64,000 bases of DNA, from contig JBODTK010000148.1 in assembly GCA_050613775.1 (NCBI GenBank), positions 310,001 through 374,000 of the forward strand, written 5' to 3'. Under the pieces are notes generated by a model. The model was given only the letters and a program-made list of their open reading frames with translations. It did not search any database and was not told the DNA's origin. Position numbers and translations under genes: made by a program. This document shows positions 15,204-29,708 of the stretch, piece after piece. This stretch comes from Neocallimastix sp. 'constans'. Taxonomy: Eukaryota. How positions within the stretch are numbered: the first letter of the stretch is position 1; each line of letters starts with the position of its first letter.

Positions 15204-16848
15204 TTATTCGTTCATTCATTCATTCATTTATAATAAAAATTCATTATATATAATAATCTATTTTTTATATTTTTATATTAATACTAGATTTGTTTAGTAC
15301 CAATTTACTATTTATAATTCATTTTTATTTATTATTTATTATTTATTATTTATTATTTATTATTTATTATTTATTTATTTATTATTTATTATTTATTATT
15401 TAATTATTTATTATTCAATTATTTATTATTCAATTATTTATTATTCAATTATTTATTATTCAATTATTTATTATTCAATTATTTATTATTTATTATTTAT
15501 TATTTATTATTTATTATTTATTATTTATTATTTATTATTTATTATTTATTATTTATTATTTATTATTTATTATTTATTATTTATTATTATTTATTTTTTA
15601 TTTTTTATTATTTATTTATTTAGTCATTTTTCAACTATTATTCTTATAGCTTAGAATTTCCAATTAGCGTATTAACTAATTAACACTTCAAAAAAAAAAA
15701 ATAGAATAATTAAAGCCAACTTTATAGTATAATTACAGCCAATATAATAGCAACATTTTACCAACAATAGTTATTTGGCTTAGAATGAATTTAGAATTTC
15801 ATTTAATTAGTAATATTAAATAAATATTTATATATAAATCTTAACAAATTTATTTATATATTTTTAACGAAATTCAAATTATTTAAAGATGATTTGTTTA
15901 ATTTTATTAATCAATCTACAACCAATTTAAAAGGTTAGAACTATAGGTAATTTATAGTACCTAAAAAATTCTGGAATAAATGAATTTTTTAATAATAAAA
16001 TATAAAATTATTATAATTTATTAGTATTATTTTAAGTTTGCAACAATTTTATTTTTAAATATAAAATTTTTTTTAATTTAAAACATATTTTATTATATAT
16101 AATCTAGCAAAATATATATTTTGTTAATAATAAATTATTGAAGAAATTGTAATGATGTTATAATAACAAAAAAAAATTGAAAAAGTATCTTATGATTTAT
16201 ATAATAGTATATATTTTTTTAAACAAATGAAAGTATAAATAATTCTTTGTCATAAAGAAAAATTAAACTACAAAAATTTAAAAAGATTATATTTATAAAA
16301 AATTTAAAATATTTTTAATATATTTTATAGTAATATAAAATATTTGTTATAAAATTTTTTAAATAAAAAATTTCAAAATAGCTTAGTAATTTTTTTTTTT
16401 TACTATAAAATTTGAACAAAGTTAATATTTAAATTTATTTTATATTTATAAAATTAACACGTTTTGATTATAATCCTAATCTTTATAAATTTATAAATTA
16501 TTTAAATAAACAATAAAATTATTTAAAAAAGGAAAAACTTTCTTTTTTGTTGAAATTTAAATATAGTACATAAAATTTTTAAACTTTTTACAGCTAATAT
16601 ATTCACTGCTAAAACGTTGATTAAAAAGAATTGATCTTAAAAAAGTTTTTTTTGAATTAAAAAAATATAATTATAAATATTACAATAAATAATAAATTAT
16701 ATGAAATTATTTGAAAGTGGGCAGTTAATTATTATATTATATTTTATTATTAATATTTTATTTTTTTTTTTTTAAAAAAAGTTAATAAGCTTTTTTTTGT
16801 ATTAAAAAAAATTGAAACGAAAAACTGAGATGAAAGAGTTAATTAAAA

Positions 16849-16879
<31 letters not shown>

Positions 16880-18912
16880 ATTAATTAATTAATTATATAT
16901 AGAACATTTGAACTTTTATTTCTATTAAATATTAAATAAAGTAGAAAAAGTACAAATATATATATTTATTGTAAATATTAAATATTGTTTAACCTTATAT
17001 ATTAATTAAATTTTAACATATAAAGCAAATGAAAAATATTTAAACATATAAGGCTAATGAAAAGAATTTGTTGTGGATTATTTAAAATGTTATATTAATA
17101 AAACTTTATTAATGAATTTTATAAATGAAATATTTTTTTTATTTATTGTTAAATTTCTAATAAACGTACTTTTTTTTTTTATTTTAATATTTGTTTTATT
17201 ATGACTATTAATGTATGCTATTTTATATTTTATATGAAATAAATAATATTAAGAAAGTTTTACCTATATATTTTTGAATACTTTTAATTTTTTATTGATG
17301 AATATAAAATTTATATTTAAATATATAGAGTTTTAGTTATTTAATGATTTTTAATCCTTTATAAATTTTTATATCTATATATTTTTATTTTAATTATTTT
17401 ATTTCATTTTATATTTCTCTTATGTAGTAATAAAAGATTAATTATTTAATTGTTTTTTTTTAATAGGAACTGTAAAAATTAAAAAAAATTTTTATCCTTT
17501 TTTGAAACCTTTTTTTTTTTTTTTTTTTAAAAATCAATTTTGAAAGTTAATTTTAATTTATTCTTCATTGATATTATTGGTCAATTTTCAAAATCATTTA
17601 ACTATTGAAAAAATAAAAAAAAATTAATAAATTATTAAAAAAAAATTTTTTTTTTCTATATTAAAAAAAAAGATATTAATTAATTTGTGTTTTATATTAT
17701 GAAAAAATAAACAAATATGTATAATCAATTATTAAAGCAAAATTGAAAAGTAAAAAGTGAAAAACTCAAATGAAAATTATAAAAAAATATTGTAAAAAAT
17801 AACAATAGTAGGAATAATAAATAATTTGTTTTAATTAATAATTTATTTTTATTAATATATTAACAATTACTTTAATTAATATAATTATTCATTAATTGTA
17901 TAATAAGTATCTTTAATAGATAAATTAAGTGTAAATAATAAATAATAAATAATAAATAATAAATAATAAATAATAAATAATAAATAATAAATAATAAATA
18001 ATAAATAATAAATAATAAATAATAAATAATAAATAATAAATAATAAATAATAAATAGCAATAATTATTAATAAATATTAATATCAAATATTAATATTTAT
18101 TATATGATATATATGATATATAATATTTATTTTATTGAATATATAAGTTCATTTGAATTTATTAAATATATCATATATATACATTTATAAATAATATTTT
18201 TAATTTTTAGTATTAAGGCAAATATTGTTTACTATTGTTTTAAGTTATTTTCCTTTTTCATGAAAATTTTTAATAATAAAATTTAATAATGAATATTTAT
18301 TAGTTTATATCATATCAAAAATTCATAAACTTTTTTTTTTTTTATGAAACTTTATAAAAGGCAATAATATTTAATAATATGAAATTATATAAACTATATG
18401 TATATAAACTATATATATATTTTTATTTTTATTTCATTTTATTTTTATTTTCATATTATTTTTAATTATATCAATAATGAAATTAAATTATTTTAAAATG
18501 ATAAACTTAATTTGTATTTGACTTGAATTTAAAACACCGGTAAAAATGTTTAGATTCAATTAATATGAAATTTTAAATATATTATTCAATTATTTTTTAT
18601 ATGAATCAATATATAAAGTATATTAACAGTTAATAATTAAATACTAATATTTCACAATAATTTATAATTTTACAATATTCATTCTTACAGCTTATATATA
18701 TATTTATTAGTATTATTTTTATAAAGATATATTTTAAATATAAGTTTTTATAGTTTTTGTATTTTTAGAATACTTTAATGATGCAAAAACTATTATTTTA
18801 TTTATTTTATTATTAATAATATTATATTTTATTCTTCGTTTTATAATTCAAAAAAACTATCATTTTATATATTTTATTATTAATGACATATTTTATTCTT
18901 CATCTTATATAA

Positions 18913-18963
<51 letters not shown>

Positions 18964-19751
18964 AGATGCTTATAAAATATATTATTTATTTATTAAAAAT
19001 AAACATCTTTAAATATTAAATAACGAATATTTTTATATTATAAAAAATTAAAAAATATTCATTTTACTAATTTTATTTTCTATTAATGCTTATTTATTTA
19101 TTAGTATTACTATTACTATTTTAATTGTTCAAATAATAAAAGGTTAATAATCATTATTGGTATTATTAATAAATAACTAGTAATTATAAGAAACTTTATA
19201 AGCATGTTCAATTTTTAGAAAATAGCCATAAAGTAAACAAAAAAAAGATTGTATAATACTTAACAAAAAAAGATAAATCACAATATTTCATACTAAATAA
19301 AAATTTTAATTCTATGATAATGAAAAATTAAAAATTGTAATAAATAATACATAATTATTGTAGTTGTAGTCGAATAATGTATGTATAATGTACATTATAT
19401 TAAGAATGCATTTTTATAACAAATTAAAAAAAAAAAAATTGTATAAATTGTATATAAATAGTTAAAATTAACTATTTTATATACAAATTAAAGTATAGAA
19501 TTAATAAAATATGATAGATAGAATAGATTTAACTATTATATTTAATTATGAAAAGGTAGTACCTTTTTTTTTTTTTTGTAATTTTAAAATTAGATCATAT
19601 ATATATATATTTGTTCTAAAATATTATTTAAAATTCAAAATCAAAAAAAAAAAAAAAAAAAAAATGATTAATGAGATTATTGACAAAAATTTTTTGTAGG
19701 TATTAATATATGTTTTTATTTTCGGGATTGTTTTTTATGTATAATTTTTAC

Positions 19752-19791
<40 letters not shown>

Positions 19792-20708
19792 ATTTGGATG
19801 GTCTACTAATATTAAATTCACAAATAATTATAAAAAAAAATATATAATAATAATAATAATAATAATAATTATTATTATTATTAATATATAAATATTTCAT
19901 TAATTAAAGTATATCATGTTACTAGTTGATTTTTCATTTTGGAATTTCTAGAATAGCTTTGTTTTTAATTTTTTTATTCATTCATTCATTTTTTTTGTAA
20001 TGAAAAATTGTTTAATTATTTTATTTTATTTTGTTAAATTCTTTTTATTTTTGTTTTTTTTTTTATATTTTTTATTTTATTTATTTGTATAATATATCTA
20101 TTATTATTATTTTTTTTTATGTTTTGATATTATGATAAATACACCATAAATATTATATATAAATATATATTTAAAAAAATGGTGTCAAAAGTGGGGTGAA
20201 CCGTTTATCCATAATGTATAAATTAAAGTTTCAAATATTTTTATTTTAATAAGTTTAATTTTTCATTCTTTATTTTATTCTATTTTAAATATTTTAAAGG
20301 TCATATCTACTTTATTTAATTAATAGAATATTAATTTTATTAATACTATTACCATTATTATTTTTAATTTGGTTTATATTTCAAATTAATAAAAGTGGTT
20401 TCGGAAATAAAAATTATAAATATAATGTGTTATAAAATTTATTTCTATAATTTATTAAAGTTGCAATAACATTTTATTATCATTTATTAAATTAAATTGA
20501 AAAACATTTGTATTATATTTTTATATTTATATTTATATACACATTCATATATTTCTTTTATTTCTTTTTATTATTTTTTTTTTTTAAGAGCAGCAATTAT
20601 TTACTTAAATTTAATTAAAAATAAAAAATTTTTTTGTATAAAATTATTTTTTAAAGTTAGGTTTTTAATTATACCGAAAATGGTAATCAAAAAAATGGGG
20701 ATAATTTT

Positions 20709-20758
<50 letters not shown>

Positions 20759-21223
20759 ATTTCTAGTTTAGTTAATTATAATAACAATAATAAACATGGA
20801 GAATTATATTAAAAATTATATAGAAATTATAATAAAAGAAAATAAATAATAAATAGTAATAAATAGTAAATAATAAATAATAATAGCTAATAAATAATAA
20901 TAGCTAATAAATAATAATAAAAAATAATAATAAATAATGAATAATGAAAAATAAATAATAAATAATAAATAATAAATAATAAATAATAAATAATAAATAA
21001 TAAATAATAAATAATAAATAATAAATAATAAATAATAACAAATAACTAACCAATATATTAAATAAAAAATAATAAAATGTAAATAATAAATAATAACAAA
21101 TAGTTAATGAATGTTTTATAAAAAAAAAAAAAAAAGTATAAATAGTACAGTATTTATTAATAAATAATAAATAATAAATTATTATTGATAAATAATAAAA
21201 ATTATTAATAATATAAATTTTAA

Positions 21224-21571
21224 TTTTTCTTTTTTCATAAGACTAGGAAGAAAATACAGTTTCATTACACAAATATTAATTTTATTATAAATGAAAAATA
21301 CATATTAAAAATTTATTGTAATAAAATAAAAATACATAAAAAAATTTTATTATAAAATAAGATAATATGAGTAAAAATGAAATTTAAATAAAATAAAATA
21401 ATAGAAAGGTACAAATATAAAGTAGATAATGTGATATCAACTTAGATCTCTCCTGAATCGAGAAAAATTTTATTATGCGATTTAATTTCCATAGATTTAA
21501 TGTGTGAAGAACCATTATTACTATTTATGTAAAATGTACTCGAAGAACTAGTAAATAGATTTATGATACAA
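21224..21571 (-). mobile_element. Short 3' fragment of the LINE family (5'-truncated)
   Basis: Minus strand: ORF tail ...IKSHNKIFLDSGEI*, AT-rich UTR, then CTGTATTTTCTTCCTAGTCTT plus an A-rich tail. Resembles the LINE 3' ends at 59535-59565 (GTGTATTCTCTTCCCTGTCT-An) and 60546-60602 (TTATTCCTAGTCT-An). Confidence 0.55.
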
Positions 21572-22100
21572 TTTTTTTTTTTTTTTTTTTTTTAAATATT
21601 CTTTAATTAAAAGCTCTGTCGCACAAGTATATAATAAATATTAACCATTTTCATTTATAAAGTAATATATTTATTTATAATAATTATTTTAAAATAAAAA
21701 CATTCTAAGCTCTTTTGCATGAAAAATATTTTTATAAAATGTATATAAATACATATATACATTTTTTTTTTTTTTTTTTTTTTTTCTAAAAAGAAATAAA
21801 AGTATTACAATAAATTTAAATATAATTAATAGTAATTAAATATTTTTTTTTTAAAAAAAAGTTTAAAATTATATGCTGTTAAATCATTTAAATTTTAGTA
21901 ATAAAAAAATATAAATATTCTAATTCTATATATTTTATCTTTTTTTTTTTTTTTTTTTTTGTATTAAAATATAATATAAATAGTATATATGCACTTAATA
22001 TATATTAATGTATTTTCAATAAAAAAAAAAAATTTACATTAAATAATTAATATATCATTAAAAAAAAAAAAATTGGTATATAACTTGGTATATAGGATTG

Positions 22101-22140
<40 letters not shown>

Positions 22141-22223
22141 TATTTAAATTTTTATATTTTAAATATATAAATAATAAATAGTTTTATTGTAAAATTTAAT
22201 ATTGTAATTTTTTTTTTCTCCAT

Positions 22224-22839
22224 CTACCATCCTTTAACTTTCATAATACAATAGTAAATATAGGTCAATAAGATCCAGATAATAAATGCAAAGCATACTA
22301 GACACATTATAGACGTTTCTATTGAAAATCCTGGATTAGGTTGTATAATATAATACTAAAAAAAAAGATATTATAAAAAAATAAAAAAAAAAAATAATAA
22401 TAATATTAATAATTTTTATTAATGTTAAGTAAAATTAATAGCAATATTATTATATATATAATTATTTACAATCATTTCTGTTGATAAGACACAATAATAA
22501 TAATCAACATCAATTCTAAAATGATATAATTCTTCTCCCTGTAACATTATCGATAGTACATTTAAAGAAAGACATATAAATAAGATATTATTATAATAAA
22601 TAATTATATATATATGAATATTAATATATATGAGAAAAATTTTTTTTATATTTTTATTATTAAAATTTTTTTTTTTTTAATTTATGAATTTAATCCATAG
22701 AATTTTATGGATTATATAATAATTATTATTTTGTTACAATAATAGATAATAATAATAAAATTATTTTTATTACCCTCCATACTATTTTATCTTTATTTGG
22801 ATCATAGGTGTGTTTATCTTCATTACCACAATCTATTAA

Positions 22840-22899
<60 letters not shown>

Positions 22900-23603
22900 A
22901 TAATATAATATAAGAAAAAAAAAATATGAAATAAAAATGAAAAATAGAATATGATATAAAATATAAATAAAAATAAAAATAGATGATAATAAAATTTATG
23001 ATGATGAAATTTATATTACATATAATTAATATAATAAACTTATAATTATAAATTTACCTGAAATACAGTAATCCGTTCTATTATTTAATTCTGTAATATT
23101 AAATGGAATATCTAATGGTATAGTTTCCTTGTTATATTCTTTAACGAAAAATTTTAATTGGTAATTATTGGTTTGATATAATTTTATGACCTTTTTTTTT
23201 TTTTTTTTTTTTTATTTAAAAAAAAAAATAAAATAAAATATTAATAAGATATAAAATTTTAAAAAAATTATAATAAAAAATTAAAAAAAAAAAAAAAAAA
23301 AAAAAAATTAAAAAAATAAGTTAATAATTACATTTTCAATACAATCCGAGTTTTTTATCAACATAGAACGTTTCTGATCATTCGTACATCCACATTCTTG
23401 TCGATTTGATTTTCCTTCACATTGCTTATATTTACCTGAATTTTTGGATACTTTAAACCTATTCTTTATTCTTTCTTTTCCAGGATGGGCATGATAAAAA
23501 GTATCCTCAATTGGAACATCCGTTCCAAGATAAGAAGGTGGTCTATAATTATACTTTGTTATTATTATTATTATTATTGTTATGTTTAATTTTATATATA
23601 TAC

Positions 23604-23634
<31 letters not shown>

Positions 23635-23974
23635 TGGAATTTTTAAAAATATTTTAAAATTTTTATGATAAATATATATTTTAAAAAAATTTTTTTTTTG
23701 TTAATTATTTTTATATTCATATAAAAAATAGAGTCAATAATAATAATAATAATAATAATAGTAATAATAATAATATAAAACTTACAGGGAGAGTCATCAC
23801 TTTTTTATTATAAGCATCTCCTGATCCATGGAGAATATCTTGATCTTCTAATTCAAAATCAGGAACAATTATACGAGTGGGTGGACATTGATTAAATATG
23901 TATTTAATGGGCAATTCATTTTTACAGAAAATAGAGTTATGAACTGGGAAAACATTTAAAATATTCATTCCCTA

Positions 23975-24014
<40 letters not shown>

Positions 24015-24847
24015 TTTAAAAAAATTTTTATAATAATTGTATTATTAATTATATTTAATTATTATTTTTTGTTATAAAAATTTATAATAAATTATATTTA
24101 TATATTTATTTATTATTTGAATAATGAATAATCTATTGATATAGAATTATTAAATAATTGTATATATATATATATATATTTTATCTTCTCTCTCTCTCTA
24201 TCTTTTTTTTTTTTTTATTCATTTTATATATATTAATAGTTAGTAATTCATTACCTTTATTCCTACATCTTTAATTTGCAAATTTAATGCTAATTCTGAG
24301 TTACCATAGTAGTTATTATTAGTATAGGATATAATATTTGGGTTCGAAAAGGTCATATAAAATTGAGAAGTGGATTGATAATGATTAGCGGCCTTTATAT
24401 TTGAACTATCCGAATTTACATTTATTGTAATATTTAATTCCCCATTATAATCTAAATAATATATATCTGGTATGTTCGTCATTTCTAAAGAATTCCAATG
24501 GCAGTCATCCATTTTTAATGCCCAGGATTGTTCCTTTAATATAATAAAATTTGTTTATTTTTTAAGGTTTTCATTAAATACCATTTTGAATAAATATATT
24601 AAAATTTTTATTTTTTTATTTTTTTTTCTTGTAATATAATTTTTATTTTTCTTTTATTTCTATTTCTAATATATATATATATATATATTTTTTTTTTAAA
24701 AAAGTTCTTTTTTAAATATATAATTACCATAGTACTGAAATCCAGTAAAGATTTATTGTTAGAATAAACATTACGACTTTTAATAATACTGAAATCTTGT
24801 TTTTCCATTTGATATATATTTCCATTCAATTTATATATTTTTATCTA

Positions 24848-24885
<38 letters not shown>

Positions 24886-25222
24886 AGTTTTATAAATATA
24901 AAAACATATATATATAAATAAATAAATATATATTTAATTATTTTAAAAAGTGAATAATTTCTACATACATCAGCTTTCTGTCCATAAACAGCTACTATTT
25001 CTCCAATAATATAATTATTTATATCCATATCTCCCATAACTATTAAATCGTTAATATCTAATTGTGATTATACATTTTTATCAATAAATATTGATATTAT
25101 TAATATTTATATAATTATATTATTTATTTTATTTTATTTTATTTCAAAGTTTTTTTTTTTTTTTATGAATATATTATATTGAATAATACTAATAATACTA
25201 ATACTACTACTACTACTACTGC

Positions 25223-25258
<36 letters not shown>

Positions 25259-27589
25259 TGATAATAATAAATGAATAAATTTTAAAAAAGCTTACTATCA
25301 TAGATAAAGAAATTTCTTTCAGCGTTTAATGAGATTGTTGCTGTATCCCCAGGTTGAAGTTCAGGGGTAGAGGTATCCGTTAAGTATACCTTGAAATAGA
25401 CTAAACTGTCATCCACAATGGTTCCTCTAAGATCGTAAATATCCCAAGTTGTAAATATGGATTTATGAGGAATACCTTTCTTCGTATCCATCCATTGACT
25501 TAATGGAAATATTAATTCGGCGATGGCTTCCCGATTACTTCTAATTTTTCGAATAATGAATGATCCTTCATTAACTATGACTGATTTATTAATATCTCCT
25601 TTGGTCCAAACTCTTCCTCCTTCATTACCTAAAATTTATAATAATAATGATAATTAATTAATAATAATATTTAAAAAATATTAAAATAATATTAAATAAT
25701 AATTACAGTAAGGAAAGAGAAGAAAATAAAAAAATATTATTATTAGTTATATTTTTAAATTAAATTGATTGATCATACAAAAAAAAAAAAAAAAAAGACT
25801 GTCTATTTATCTATTTTTTTTTTACCTATTAAAGTTAATGTAACTATAGACTCCTGTACTAAAGGCTTAACGTAAGAATTAAAATTAATGTAATCTGCCG
25901 ATGAAAATTCCAAATTATGATGGGCATGTATTGTAATTTCTAATGGATCCACACGAGATTCATGAGTAAAACTGCCTTTCGGGATAACCCTCAACATATT
26001 TTTATTATTACTAACATCATAGATGAGAAGTCGATCGTTCGTATCCTTCAGATTAATGATGTAACCAATGTAAGCATCATGAAATGGTGAATCCTTACCA
26101 TAGGCATATAACCAAATATCTAGCTCATTACGTAAAATAGGTACTAATGGGAAAGGTTCATCAAATTCTAAAGCGTTAAAATTTGAATATTCAATAATAC
26201 TTTTAGTTGGAATAGTACCACTGAAAAATATTTGATTTAGAGGGTAGAGTGAGTTCATTTGATCATCAAGATTAGAATCGAGGGAACCGAGGGAATAATC
26301 AAGAATAGAGAGGGTTCCATGCTCATTTATCATAAATTTAATTAATTGATTTGGATCGAGATGAGCCCAAGGTAACTGTAAGAAACGAGTAATAGAAGTA
26401 TTACCATAGTATACGTTTAATTGATTGGTAATGAAATAGACAGAAGAGCTCTGATAACTTGATTTAAATTCCGTAAAATATTCAGGTTGTTGAGAAGAAT
26501 TATTTATGCTGGGTTGAAGAAGTCTTGATTTTAATTTGAAGGTGTAACCACCATCATTTGAATGATAAATCGAGGTACCATAAATAAAGATATCAAAATT
26601 ATTTTCATGAAGAGCCATTCCATAAAAATACTCATCCTCCGGAAGATTGAATTCCATTGAATAGTCATTAGTTTTATCAAAAATATCGGTGGTATGAATT
26701 ACTACGGCACAATTCCTATAAACCTGGTGATAGCCAGGTTTATCTACCGGTATACCAATAAAGTAGATATTTTGATTGTTAAATCGAACCGCTGAAATAA
26801 ACTCTGTTCGAGGATCCTTATGTTGAATGGCGAGAGTCGTAAGGATATCATCAATGGTCGTGGCACGCCAAAGACCTTTCACATAATAGTTTTCTAAACT
26901 ATAAATAATTCTATTTTTTACACCAGTTGCAGGAGAGGTTGAGAAGATCGTATAAACATAAGTGGAATTTGACGTAATGGTATTGACCGTAGCCATCAAT
27001 TTAATATTTTCAAATCCTAATTTTGCTACTGTTGGTTGTAATTCATTGATACGATGAAATTTCGAAGGTAGATCGCCAGTAGGTCTAGTAAAGTCAGTAA
27101 ACTCAGATGGTAGAAAAGTGTAGAAAACCCCGGTATTAGTATGAACGATAAGGTAACGTTGTAATAGTAAGACATTTAAATATTCTTGAGTATTACATGT
27201 TACTTTTGAGATTCCTTGACAAGTTGTAAAAATATCTGGATCAACCGTTTTATTAGTTTTTCTTAGATTTAAAATTTTATAAGATTCCATAAAATCATTA
27301 GTGAGCGCCAATACTGAACGAGGACCACTGAGATTATCATCATTGGAATTTACATTAGTTAATTTTAAATTTAATATTTTTAAATTTGGATTAGAGGCAC
27401 TATGAAAATCATCAATACTACTAATTCTAAAAATCTTATTATCCATCTTAATATTTCCTGTAGCGGTTGAATTATCATATTTCTATTATATATATATGTG
27501 TTATATTATAAAATGAATTATATATATATATATATATTTTTTTTAAAATTTTTTTATATATTAATATTTCAATAATAATAAAATAATAA

Positions 27590-27646
<57 letters not shown>

Positions 27647-27727
27647 GAAAATAAAAATAAAAATTAATATAAAGAAGAGATTTTATATAATTTTTTTTAT
27701 TTATATCACCATATATAAATTAGTATT

Positions 27728-27760
<33 letters not shown>

Positions 27761-28469
27761 AAAAATAAAAGATAATAATGATGATAATGATAATGATAAT
27801 ATACAATTTTATCGGTGATATCCAATCCTAAATCTAATTCATAAGCCGTAGGAATATGTAAAATACGTTTTTCATCTCTAATACCACAACCAAGAATATT
27901 TGATCCTAAGGATTTAATTTCAATTTGAAGAGGATTAATGCTATATAAATAGGATTTATTCAATTTAATTATCCATTCAAAATTTTCATTCTTTATTAAA
28001 AAAAAAAAAATAAAAAAATAAAAATAAAAATAAAAATAAAAAAAAAAAAAAAGGAAATTTTTTTGATAATTGTATTATTTGAATTGAAAATTTTGAAAAA
28101 GATAATATATATAAGAAGATTAAGAAAAAAAAAATTAATATATATATATATATGATATAAAAATAATTTATATATATTATATATAAATCAATAAAATAAA
28201 AAAAAAATTAAATATGAATATATAGTTATACCAATTTATTTTCTGATTCAATAACATAGGCATGAGTACTATTCGAAATTTGAACGGTAGGATGTTCTCC
28301 AATTAATGAAAACGATTGAGTGGCTTCTTTGGTCATTTGAATGTTATTTGGAAAATGAGAATTAATTACTTTAATATGAAGTATAGGTGAAATACCATTG
28401 AAATATCTTTTGTGGAAATCTTCTTTACTGTATGGATTCCAATCAATGTCCATTGAATAGCGATAACAA

Positions 28470-28503
<34 letters not shown>

Positions 28504-29708
28504 TTTTTTTTTATATTTTTTAGAATTAATATTATTTATTATTATTATTTTATTATTTATCATCATTATTATTTATTAGTATTGTCATTAAAATTATAAT
28601 TATCATTGTTTTGCATTTCCATTGTTACCATAAATTAGAGTAATATTATGCATAAATATATATATTATATAAAGTTAATTTTAAATAATATGAATATACA
28701 AATTAAAAATAGAAAAAGTGATTAATAATCTCATTAATCTTATTTATAATTAATGTCTTTATTTTATTTTATTTTATTTTATTTTATTTTTTTTTTTAAT
28801 TTTTAATTTTTTTTTTATTAATTATGTTTGTTATTAAAAGTAAAAATAAAAAGTAGGAATAATATATTAATATATTTATTATTATTATTATTATTATTTT
28901 TTTTTTTTTTTTTTTTCTACAAAAGTACTTTACATATTGAAGGTTCTACTGTTATTCTTATTTTTTTAGTGGAAGCAGGTAATAAACCATCCGATTCAAT
29001 TTTATTATCCTCATTCAAATAAAATCTAGTTTTAGTAATATAGAGAGCAATTGTTTTTTCTCCTGGTTCACTATATATAGTTGAAAATCGAATATCATCA
29101 TTCAATAAATCTTGACTATTTCCTATCCATAAATTTTCTAAATCCTCTTCTTTAATATTATCCTCGTCAAATATAACACAAATACTATAGATATTACCAT
29201 CATTTGGTATATAAGAATGTTCTAATGATATAGAAATCGCTTTTTTTTTTTTTTTTTTTTTTTTTGATTATAATAATTTTTTATAGGTATATATTTATAA
29301 TAATGTTTATAATAATGATAGATTTAATGAATGTTAAGTAAATATATATATTAATATATAATAGTAGCAATTATATAAATTAGAGGAATAGAACATTAAT
29401 ATGTATATAAAAGGTGTATTAAAAAAAAAAATTATGAATAAAAATTTTCGATTGTATTTATTAGAAAATTTTCTTTTCTATTTTTTCTTTCACTTCTTTT
29501 TTTTTTTTAATTTTTTTCTTTTTTATTTCGAATTTATTTCGAATTTATACATACAGTCATGTACCGTAATATGATCACTACTTGTGGTAACTTGAAATCG
29601 TAATAGAGGAACATCTTGTCCATACACAACATTATCCTTATATTGAAAAAAAATATTGTTTAGTAGGAATATGAAAAATAGTGACAGATAGTTTGATTTT
29701 ATATTCAT
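22224..29708 (-). CDS. CatSper auxiliary subunit beta/gamma-like type-I membrane protein, ~1386 aa; 15 exons: 29708-29555, 29239-28934, 28470-28232, 27990-27805, 27482-25826, 25628-25296, 25057-24969, 24844-24728, 24533-24255, 23971-23786, 23553-23332, 23190-23058, 22832-22774, 22538-22470, 22355-22224
   Basis: GT-AG introns join into one 4161-nt frame. Hydrophobic N-terminal leader, Asp-box-like SNDGGYTF, then LP-YNYRPPSYLGTDVPIEDTFYHAHPGK..SKNSGKYKQCEGKSNRQECGCTNDQKRS..SDCIENV...ITELNNR...YDP...GEELYHFRI...C, a single C-terminal TM helix (SIMCLVCFAFIIWILLTYIYYCIM) and a short tail. The motif order matches CATSPERB as recalled (NYRPPS..FYHADP..SKKTGKFKQC..REECNCTKDQK..SDC..TEVN.R..GSELFHFRV). 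Confidence 0.85.

Noticed and set aside
21430..21570. snoRNA/snRNA candidate (local GC island)
   Set aside because: No proper C/D or Sm architecture. Better explained as a LINE 3' fragment on the minus strand.
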